From a virus, in IMG/VR virus record IMGVR_UViG_3300026521_000463, positions 1 through 64,000 of that record: a stretch of DNA of 64,000 bases. One strand, given 5' to 3'. This document shows, one piece after another, positions 56,564-64,000 of this stretch. The notes below the pieces were generated by a model. It did not search any database. It was not told where the DNA came from and saw only the letters and a list, made by a program, of their open reading frames with translations. A program made the position numbers and the translations under genes. Positions within the stretch are counted from its first letter, which is position 1, and each line of letters begins with the position of its first letter.

Positions 56564-56596
56564 TATAATTATACCAAAAAGTAAAATTTTTTTAAC
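56564..56596 (-). promoter_or_regulatory. class II-like promoter
   Basis: GTTAAA-N17-TATAATTATA upstream of gp47. Confidence 0.55.
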
Positions 56597-56693
56597 TAAA
56601 ATTCTTTAATACCGTATAATATAAAATAATCTATCTCGTTATTTTGTTTTTTCTCGTTCTTAAATAACCTAATTAAAAATTCCATTTAAACCC

Positions 56694-56921
56694 TTATTTT
56701 TGTAATTCAGAAATAGTTTTACTTACAATTGTTTCTAATGTATTTTTAGCAACTCTTCTTGCTGTTTGTCTTGGACACCCTTGTCCTATCAAGTCAAAAA
56801 CGAACTGTGGTCTGAAATAATTTTTTACATCTTCGATGTTCCCATTCCCATTTAACATTTTAACTACTTCATTTCTAATTGCATCTACTAAATTGATTCT
56901 TAAAGTTTCATTTACTACCAT
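56694..56921 (-). CDS. hypothetical protein
   Basis: start corrected from 56960 to AAGGAAATCACATG (MVVNETLR). Confidence 0.65.
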   Translation of the reverse strand: MVVNETLRINLVDAIRNEVVKMLNGNGNIEDVKNYFRPQFVFDLIGQGCPRQTARRVAKNTLETIVSKTISELQK

Positions 56922-57003
56922 GTGATTTCCTTTTTTGTTTATTATATTTTGTAACTTCATCTTGTTACATTATAATTATAACAAAAAAGATTTTAATTGT
57001 CAA
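56919..57003 (-). promoter_or_regulatory. class I promoter + RBS cassette
   Basis: TTGACA-N17-TATAATTATAAT. Confidence 0.85.
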
Positions 57004-57030
57004 GTATTTTTTTATAAAATCTCCAAAAAA

Positions 57031-57318
57031 TTAAAAAATTTCAGGAGATTCTATAAAATTTGAATCTTTTAGAATAGAACCTATTTTATCAGGGTCTAAA
57101 TCTAACTTTTGAATTAAAGAAAGAGTTTTCTCAAGATTTGTTACTCCTTCTAAAAAATTGATATCTGATAATTTTTCAATAATTTCAATAAGTTTTTCGC
57201 TATCAATTTTACCTTTATCAATTTCAAGAAAAGTTGAAAAAGATAAAATATCTTTTACATCATTTTCTAAACTAAGGTAAAATTTTTTATCAAATATCAT
57301 TTTAGTTTTAACTGACAA
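57031..57318 (-). CDS. hypothetical protein
   Basis: ORF track. Confidence 0.55.
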   Translation of the reverse strand: MSVKTKMIFDKKFYLSLENDVKDILSFSTFLEIDKGKIDSEKLIEIIEKLSDINFLEGVTNLEKTLSLIQKLDLDPDKIGSILKDSNFIESPEIF

Positions 57319-57787
57319 AGTTACCTCTTAAAATTTTTTCAATCTTATGCTTTTTCATAAGTTCTACATCATTTTGAGATAATCTTTCTTTATCTAATTC
57401 TTTGTCAAATTCAATTTTTACGATTTGTCTAAAAACTTCTTTACCACCAACTTCTTTAACGAATTTTTTTAATTCTTTAATTTTTTCAGGATTGTCATTG
57501 ATATATCTAAGTGCTTCCTCTCTTGAAGTTCTTCCTCTTTGTCCTACAGGACTTTCTCCAAGGTATTGTTCTTTAATTTTTTGAGTTAAAGATTCAGTTT
57601 TAACATCAATACTTTTAGGGTCTTTTTTAGGACCTTTACCATTTTCCCACCATTTATTGATAGCATCAAAAAATTCAGATTTTTGCTCATCTGTCAAATC
57701 GGCAGGTGATTCAGCATTGAATTTTTTTAACATATCAGCAAAAAATTTTCTATAATCTTTTTGTAATTGACTTAATTCTTGTGCCAT
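57308..57787 (-). CDS. hypothetical protein (possible virion protein)
   Basis: RBS plus upstream TTAAATA; LGES/KTES sites. Confidence 0.65.
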   Translation of the reverse strand: MAQELSQLQKDYRKFFADMLKKFNAESPADLTDEQKSEFFDAINKWWENGKGPKKDPKSIDVKTESLTQKIKEQYLGESPVGQRGRTSREEALRYINDNPEKIKELKKFVKEVGGKEVFRQIVKIEFDKELDKERLSQNDVELMKKHKIEKILRGNFVS

Positions 57788-57815
57788 TATATTCCTTTTT
57801 ATATTATTTAAAAAT

Positions 57816-58637
57816 TTAATTATGATAAATAATTTTTATTGATTTAATACAATAACTACCATCTCCAGGATTTGAAAAAGTCAATACCATTTCATCTTCA
57901 ATTTCATTATCAAATGACATAACAAATCCGAAACTATTATTGTATAATGACATTCTATCTGAGTAAATAATTTTATCATTTAAAGTAATAGTATCTGTTT
58001 CAGCATCTTTTGAAATTGAATCAAGTGTTACTATAAAAATATCCATTTTTGAAAAGTTATCATTTTTAGGAATTGTTACAGATGACTCTTCATCAAATCG
58101 TAAAACCCCCATTAAATCTATTTCATTATACAATAAATCTATTTCTTCATTTTCAGGAAAATCATAAACTTCATATTTTGGATAAAATCTATGTTTAAAC
58201 AAAACCATTGCTTCATCTTCAACACCTTCTCCGTTGCCATTTAGAGTAGTATCTAAATATAAAGTGGGGGTAGTCTCAAAAAATGAGGCATATAAACAAG
58301 TTCCCGCACCAGTGTATCCATTGACATAATAATTTTCCCATTTAGGATGTGGTAAATCCAAAATACAAAATTCATTTTTTCCTATAACATCATACCCTTC
58401 GTTGGCACCGTGATTTATCGTATATCTTTTAATATCGCCTTCATCGGATGAAATAATATAATCTTCAGAATCAGGTGACCCGGCAACACCCCAAAGTAAA
58501 AAATGCAATCCTTTATCTTTACATTCAGGTATTGATATTGTTTGTTTATCTAAAAAAAGAAGCATATTATTTTCATCTTTAGAATTCCATTCAATGCTAT
58601 GAATTTCTGATGATGAAGACTTTATCAATTCTGCCAT
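57816..58637 (-). CDS. acidic beta-rich hypothetical protein
   Basis: ORF with RBS. Confidence 0.7.
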   Translation of the reverse strand: MAELIKSSSSEIHSIEWNSKDENNMLLFLDKQTISIPECKDKGLHFLLWGVAGSPDSEDYIISSDEGDIKRYTINHGANEGYDVIGKNEFCILDLPHPKWENYYVNGYTGAGTCLYASFFETTPTLYLDTTLNGNGEGVEDEAMVLFKHRFYPKYEVYDFPENEEIDLLYNEIDLMGVLRFDEESSVTIPKNDNFSKMDIFIVTLDSISKDAETDTITLNDKIIYSDRMSLYNNSFGFVMSFDNEIEDEMVLTFSNPGDGSYCIKSIKIIYHN

Positions 58638-58646
58638 TTTATTCCT

Positions 58647-59234
58647 TTAAAATTCACTTGTATTTTTTTCTTGTGCTTTTTTTCTTTTTGTTTGAGCAAT
58701 CATTTGAAGTATTTCATCAAGATTTTCCTCATCATAATCTTCAATTTCTTCATTTTTTTCAACTTCGCTTTTAGTATGTAATGCTTTAAGTGTCATTTCA
58801 ATGCTATCCATATCAATTTTTTCTTGAATTTTCATAAGCATATCTTCTGTTCTTTCAAATAAGATTCTCGTTGATTGGTAAAGTTGTAACATCTCACCTG
58901 TTTCAAGTTTATCTATCATTCTATCGTCAAATAATTTATCTTCTAATTTTGATAAATAATCTTCAAGAACATTTAGTTTTGCGCTTAACTTTTTAGCAAG
59001 TTGAATCAATTGAAGTGAAACTCCTAATCCTGATAATTTAACTCTTTTAATAAAATCCTTATCAGGAATTTTACCTTTAAAAAGTAGTTCTTCAACAATC
59101 GCATCATCTTCCTTAGTAAGAAGATTTAACGATTTAAAAGTATCTTGGGTTTCATATTTTTCTTCTTCAAAATTACTTAACTCATCGAAAAAGTTTTCTT
59201 CGATGACTTCTGCTTTAATAACATCATTAGACAT
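58647..59234 (-). CDS. acidic helical hypothetical protein
   Basis: ORF with RBS and upstream TTAAATA. Confidence 0.7.
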   Translation of the reverse strand: MSNDVIKAEVIEENFFDELSNFEEEKYETQDTFKSLNLLTKEDDAIVEELLFKGKIPDKDFIKRVKLSGLGVSLQLIQLAKKLSAKLNVLEDYLSKLEDKLFDDRMIDKLETGEMLQLYQSTRILFERTEDMLMKIQEKIDMDSIEMTLKALHTKSEVEKNEEIEDYDEENLDEILQMIAQTKRKKAQEKNTSEF

Positions 59235-59269
59235 TTTTACCCTTTACTCGTTTTAAAAGTATTTAAAAG

Positions 59270-60667
59270 TTAAGCAGGTAAAATGTTTTTAAGTTCTTCA
59301 AGTTCCTCATTCCAAATATCAAAAATATCTTTATTTTTTAAATCATCATATTGTTTTTGAAGTTTATCTCTTTGAGATAACAATTCATTTATCTTTTCTT
59401 CTGTTAAATTTAATAAATTCATTTGTAGATGTTTTTCAGCAAATTTTATACCTAATTCATTACATTTTTTTAAGATGTTTTCTTTTTTATTTTTATTTAT
59501 AACTATATTATCATCAATTATATTTTGGATAAATTTTATTCTGTCATTTAAAAAGTCAATTTCTTCTTGCCATTTATTAAGTTGATAATCTTTTCTTTTG
59601 TGATAAACTTCAACTCTTTTATTTATAAATGCTTCAAGCAACTCAATTTCATCTTGAAATTCAACTATCTTATTATTTTCATCTATGCAAGTAAAGTTTT
59701 CAGTAACTTTTTTGACTAATTTTAATTCTTTATAAATCTTTTCATCATTTCCTGAATTATACCAATCCATAAGTTTTTTACTACGGATTTCAAATCTAAA
59801 CTCGTCTTTATCACTTAAATCTCTATATGATTGAATAATTTTTCTGTCTTGTAACTTATCAAGTTCTTTAATATAACCTTTTAAAGTGTATCCTATAGGA
59901 ACTTCTGTGATAACTATTTTATTTTTTTCAACTTCAAATTTCCCAAAAATACTAAAAGACCCTTTTGTCATTTCACTTGAAATTGTCCCATTAAAACCAT
60001 TATAACCTGGTAAAATACCATTAGGTAAATTTTTATTTTTGATATAATTTTGTAAAACTTCAATAATTTTTTTGGGTTTTCTTGGTAAGATTTTTTGTGA
60101 AAATCCTAATGATATACCTTCAGAACCATTTACTAAAATTAAAGGAATTACAGGCATATAATACTTGTATTCAACCTTTTCGCCTTCAAAATAATTTTCT
60201 TCTAATACAGGCGAATCTTCACTTCTAAAAACTTTTTTAGCATATTCAGATAAATGACTATAAATATATCTGCTTGCTGCTGGTGCTGGTATAAATCTTG
60301 TCCCAAAACTTCCTTCAGGATGTAAAAGATTTATATTGTTACTCCCTACAAAATTTTGGGCAGTATTCACTAAAACACCTTCAAGAGATTTTTCTCCGTG
60401 AATATAATTTGTGAAGTCAGCAATGTTACTAACTATTCTTGCCACCTTTACTTCTTTTGTGATATTTTTTTCTAAAAATGTATAAAGAACTTTTCTTTGT
60501 GATAACTTCATTCCATCAATATAACTTGCTATTTTTCTAACATTGTCGTAAGAAGCAAATGAAATGTATTCATTTTCTAAAAAGTCTTTAATTGACTTTT
60601 TAGTTTTATCTGTTATACTTGAAGTTTCGTTTTCTGTCATTGCTTCGATTGTTTCTAAAATACTCAT
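59270..60667 (-). CDS. 52: DNA topoisomerase II medium subunit (T4 gp52, GyrA/ParC-like)
   Basis: DG.K.SQRK, Y.HGE.SL, GSFG.R, AASRY (catalytic Tyr), LVNG..GI..G. Confidence 0.95.
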   Translation of the reverse strand: MSILETIEAMTENETSSITDKTKKSIKDFLENEYISFASYDNVRKIASYIDGMKLSQRKVLYTFLEKNITKEVKVARIVSNIADFTNYIHGEKSLEGVLVNTAQNFVGSNNINLLHPEGSFGTRFIPAPAASRYIYSHLSEYAKKVFRSEDSPVLEENYFEGEKVEYKYYMPVIPLILVNGSEGISLGFSQKILPRKPKKIIEVLQNYIKNKNLPNGILPGYNGFNGTISSEMTKGSFSIFGKFEVEKNKIVITEVPIGYTLKGYIKELDKLQDRKIIQSYRDLSDKDEFRFEIRSKKLMDWYNSGNDEKIYKELKLVKKVTENFTCIDENNKIVEFQDEIELLEAFINKRVEVYHKRKDYQLNKWQEEIDFLNDRIKFIQNIIDDNIVINKNKKENILKKCNELGIKFAEKHLQMNLLNLTEEKINELLSQRDKLQKQYDDLKNKDIFDIWNEELEELKNILPA

Positions 60668-60675
60668 TTTAACTC

Positions 60676-61758
60676 CTAAACTTTATTTATATCTAAACTA
60701 TAATTTTTAAGTAATTCTTTTCTTTTATCACTTTTTTCTTTACTTAACCAATCATCTAAGTCTTTATCATTTTCAACCTTAAATGATATTAACATATTTT
60801 CAAAACCTTCTTTTTCAATAACTTGCCCTAATAATTCAGGTGTATATTCTCCTAAACCTTTCATATATTTTAACTCACCTTTTGAAGTGTCAATCTCATC
60901 ATCAAGTGAAAAATAATAATTTTGAATTTTTTTATTTTTTTGGATTATTATAATAGGTGTTATAAATCTTTTAACTTTTGACAAGTATTCAGGTAAAAAC
61001 TTATAGAAAAATCCTAACAATAAACCAAATATATGATGTCCGTCAGCATCAGCATCTGAAGCAATAATTATTTCTTGATAATTTTCATTTGAAATAATTT
61101 TAAATAACTCACTTAACTCTACATTTTTGTTTAATGCTGAAACATTTACTTCCCAAGCATTTAATGGAACACCTTTTAATTCATAATAACCATTTTCTTT
61201 TCTTCCTAATGAAGGTATCAATCCACCAACTGCTGATGCTCCTTCTCCAATAATCAATCTTTTCTTAAATTGAGTTGCAGGAAGATATTTTTCACTTTTT
61301 ATTTTTTTAGTCGTTTTAGCAAGTTTTTTTAACTCAGCATTCTCTTTTGCTTGTTCTTTAAGTGTAAAATATTCTGTAATACTTAACATTAAATCTTCAT
61401 CTTTGAGTAATTCTCTAACAATTTTATCCCATTTAACACCTTCAAAAACTTTATCCCAAGTTGATTTAGCATTACTTATCTCAATCTTTTCTTGACTTGT
61501 AAATTCAAGTGCAGGGACAAATCTAGCAATAACCATCAATTTTATTTTATTTTTTATATCCGCAGGTTTAATTGTTTTAAATTTTTTAACTAATTTTTCT
61601 CTAATTGGCGGAATAATTTTATCTAAAATATAATTCACTTGCGACCCACCATTTCTCGGGTTTATACCATTTATTATAGACAATTGTGAAAAATCATCTG
61701 TATCATTTGCTTTTATAATAATTTCAAAATTATCTTTTTTTATGTTACCATATTTCAT
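60676..61758 (-). CDS. DNA topoisomerase II large-subunit fragment (transducer + TOPRIM, no GHKL ATPase)
   Basis: S.INGI...GG, F.SQ.K, EGASA, LKG..LN, DADADG.HI, KGLG. Confidence 0.9.
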   Translation of the reverse strand: MKYGNIKKDNFEIIIKANDTDDFSQLSIINGINPRNGGSQVNYILDKIIPPIREKLVKKFKTIKPADIKNKIKLMVIARFVPALEFTSQEKIEISNAKSTWDKVFEGVKWDKIVRELLKDEDLMLSITEYFTLKEQAKENAELKKLAKTTKKIKSEKYLPATQFKKRLIIGEGASAVGGLIPSLGRKENGYYELKGVPLNAWEVNVSALNKNVELSELFKIISNENYQEIIIASDADADGHHIFGLLLGFFYKFLPEYLSKVKRFITPIIIIQKNKKIQNYYFSLDDEIDTSKGELKYMKGLGEYTPELLGQVIEKEGFENMLISFKVENDKDLDDWLSKEKSDKRKELLKNYSLDINKV

Positions 61759-61767
61759 TTATACTCC

Positions 61768-61989
61768 TTATATTGGTAAAACAAGATTTTTATCTTCAAT
61801 TTCATTTAACAATTCTATTACATTTTGTTTCTTTTTAGTGTATAACATTTTACCTAAACATCCAAAACAAAAATGCTGGTCTTCGATTTCAGCATATGTT
61901 AAATTATCACCTGTCCCATCATTATAAAAATAATTAGGTTCTTGTAAAATTACTCCACATTTATCACATTTTTTGACTTCACAAATCAT
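61768..61989 (-). CDS. small zinc-finger protein
   Basis: CDKCG...HFCFGC. Confidence 0.7.
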   Translation of the reverse strand: MICEVKKCDKCGVILQEPNYFYNDGTGDNLTYAEIEDQHFCFGCLGKMLYTKKKQNVIELLNEIEDKNLVLPI

Positions 61990-62036
61990 AGGTTCTCCTT
62001 TTTATAATTACTTTTATAATTATACTAAAAAATTCA

Positions 62037-63713
62037 TTAAAATAAACTTCTGGAAATTGTTTTGTAATTTTTAAATTCATAAATTTTATATTTATCAGGA
62101 ATTGCTTCAAAAACCAAAATATCATTATTTCTCAGCACTTCATCTATTTCTTTTTTTGTCATAAGCGAAGGAACCAAATCATAACAATTCATTTTATTTT
62201 CTAATGCATAAATAGCAGTATAAATATCAATATCATTTTCTGTAAAGTTGATAAGAGTATCATAATTATCTTTTAGTTTATCTAACTCACTTTTTAAAAA
62301 GTCTTTTGATGCTTTACCAACGACAACTAATCCTTTTTTAAATTCTCTTATATTAAACCATACATAATTATTTTTTTTGCTTAACTTTTTATTCTTTTTA
62401 ATGTTTGTATTACTTTTTGAATCAATTATTCTTCCTCCTAAAATTTTAGCAAGGTCAGAAGTATAATTTTTTCTTGAAGATATTTTTCCTAAAATTTTAT
62501 AATTATAATCAATTTTTTTACAATTACAATTTCCGAATGAATTATTTTTAAAAGGTTTATAATCTACCTCGTGGTGCCATCTATTAAATTTGTATTTTAG
62601 TTTAGTGTATTCAGGATAAGTTTTCCAAAGCATATAAGATTTAGGAAGGGTTCCCTCTTGAAAATAAAACTCATCACTATTACCACCACTTAACACCTGA
62701 GTTGTCATTTTATCACCTATAAACATATTCCATTGAATAGTTGAATACCCATTTGTAAGAACATCAAGTGATAAGATTGTATCTTCATTATAACGACCTC
62801 TCCACCTAAAAGGTATATTATTGCGAATAAGCAACATTGAATAAATTCTTGTATTTTTTACATAAGGTTTATTCTTATTTTTAAACATTACGAAGGTTTC
62901 ATAATTTAAACCACTTATTGCTATATTATCATAATTTTCCATAAACATTTCAGGGAGTGCAAAAATAGATTCATCAATCAAAAAACCTTTATTGTCAGTA
63001 TAAAAGTGGAAATTACGGATATTATCATCTAAAACCCAATGAAATTCATAACCTTCTTTAATTGAAGTTTCCCAAGCAAAATTCCTTGCTGGACCCGGAC
63101 CAGTGGATTTTTCAAGACCATAGTCATCTAATTTCTCATAATCTTCTTTATATTTATTATCAAGAATAATAAGTTCTTCAGGTTTAAAATTTTGAAGATA
63201 TTTATCATATTCTTGTTCTTCGACTACAATGCGGAATTTAACATTCATTGCTGCTAATTTTTTTGCTGTTATACAATTATCCCATCGTCCTTTTGACACG
63301 ATAAATATAGGATATTTTTGCTTAACTTCAAATGAAACTACCTCATCTATATTTTGAATTTCAAGATTTGGATAATAACATAAATAAGTTTTTCTGTTAC
63401 CTGTGAATGGTATTTTAATTTTTTTAAATTTATCTTTATATTTTAAAAAATGTTCTGTGTCTTTAAATTCTAAATCAATCATTTGTTTATAACTTTTTTT
63501 GACACCCCATTTATAGGTCGGAAAATTTATTTTATTAAAAACTTCATCATTATATATTTCTGTAAAAGAATTTTTTGTTTTTAATAAAGATATTTTTTCT
63601 TCATCAACTTTATAATTATAATCATTTTTTAACGGAAAATCTTTTTTAAAAATTTCATCTAATTCATTTTTTACTTCTAAGTTTTTATCATTAACATAAA
63701 CACGGACAACCAT
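62037..63713 (-). CDS. TET-associated (TAGT/GREB1-like) glycosyltransferase with N- and C-terminal extensions
   Basis: YPIFIVSKGR, VVEEQE, GPGPARN, HWVLDDNI, NTRIYS, WRGRYNED, GGN. Confidence 0.85.
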   Translation of the reverse strand: MVVRVYVNDKNLEVKNELDEIFKKDFPLKNDYNYKVDEEKISLLKTKNSFTEIYNDEVFNKINFPTYKWGVKKSYKQMIDLEFKDTEHFLKYKDKFKKIKIPFTGNRKTYLCYYPNLEIQNIDEVVSFEVKQKYPIFIVSKGRWDNCITAKKLAAMNVKFRIVVEEQEYDKYLQNFKPEELIILDNKYKEDYEKLDDYGLEKSTGPGPARNFAWETSIKEGYEFHWVLDDNIRNFHFYTDNKGFLIDESIFALPEMFMENYDNIAISGLNYETFVMFKNKNKPYVKNTRIYSMLLIRNNIPFRWRGRYNEDTILSLDVLTNGYSTIQWNMFIGDKMTTQVLSGGNSDEFYFQEGTLPKSYMLWKTYPEYTKLKYKFNRWHHEVDYKPFKNNSFGNCNCKKIDYNYKILGKISSRKNYTSDLAKILGGRIIDSKSNTNIKKNKKLSKKNNYVWFNIREFKKGLVVVGKASKDFLKSELDKLKDNYDTLINFTENDIDIYTAIYALENKMNCYDLVPSLMTKKEIDEVLRNNDILVFEAIPDKYKIYEFKNYKTISRSLF

Positions 63714-63715
63714 CT

Positions 63716-63949
63716 TTACTCCTCAATAAATTCATCAACATCAATATGATTATTTTCAAAAATAACTTCTCCGTTTAAAAGCAACATTTCTATATTATCA
63801 TCAGGCAACACTTCAACCCATAATTTATCGTCGTCAGAAGTCAGTACTGAACCGTCAAATGAAGTTATTTTATCTATATTTACATTTTTTACTAATTCAT
63901 GTGATAAAAATTCGTCAAGTGATTTAAATTGTTTTTTAATAAATTTCAT
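63716..63949 (-). CDS. hypothetical protein
   Basis: RBS; TATAATTATA -10 upstream at window end. Confidence 0.65.
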   Translation of the reverse strand: MKFIKKQFKSLDEFLSHELVKNVNIDKITSFDGSVLTSDDDKLWVEVLPDDNIEMLLLNGEVIFENNHIDVDEFIEE

Positions 63950-64000
63950 TTTTATTCCTTTATGTTTTATAATATAATTATATCAAAAAAGAAAATAAAA

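Noticed and set aside
1166-57003. Recurring ~60-bp repeats as a CRISPR array or attC sites
   Set aside because: Spacing is 0.4-6 kb with whole genes between, there is no attC-type hairpin or integrase, and the sequence matches -35/-10/RBS.
3167-61927. Short plus-strand ORFs in the track (e.g. 3167, 9987, 11555, 29128, 39493, 46497) and minus-strand 49581 and 49767
   Set aside because: Antisense shadows of well-supported genes, with Ser/Phe/Leu/Ile-rich composition and no RBS.
61758-62037. Intron or translational bypass restoring the topoisomerase N-terminus
   Set aside because: Upstream DNA encodes separate ORFs with their own RBSs and shows no GHKL motifs or intron features.
1-64000. tRNA, rRNA or large ncRNA genes
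   Set aside because: Intergenic gaps are short and AT-rich; no cloverleaf or GC-rich structured segment seen by eye. A covariance search was not run.
1-64000. Stop-codon reassignment
   Set aside because: Core genes are full length under the standard code, and TAA, TAG and TGA all end genes.

Overview
A very AT-rich (roughly one-quarter GC by eye) 64-kb segment of a large T4-like (Tevenvirinae/Eucampyvirinae-like) myovirus genome, with almost all genes on the minus strand. The right third holds T4-type core genes: gp41, gp44/gp62, gp33, probable gp59, gp46/gp47, gp52, a truncated gp39-like gene, dsbA-like, gp4-like, an SF2 origin-binding-type helicase and a Cas4/RecB-like nuclease. DNA ligase, PAAR and a GroES-like gene lie further left. 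The left two-thirds is an accessory region of small ORFs organised by about 20 copies of a ~60-bp promoter+RBS element (TTGAC[T/A]-N17-TATAATTATAA...AAAAGGATTCACATG). Accessory functions include three DNA methyltransferases, a TAGT-type glycosyltransferase, Thg1, two Pol-beta nucleotidyltransferases, HD-PNK, Ham1, Nudix, a ferritin-like protein, a PTP and phosphoesterases. The host is probably Campylobacterota (inferred from promoter shape and a FliM-like peptide). Best leads: a FliM-like CheY-binding mimic, a Csx20-like putative ring nuclease (possible anti-type III CRISPR), the promoter-cassette array with apparently emptied cassettes, a SAM-like-domain protein and an unusually split topoisomerase II. 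All family calls come from motifs recognised by eye; no searches were run.
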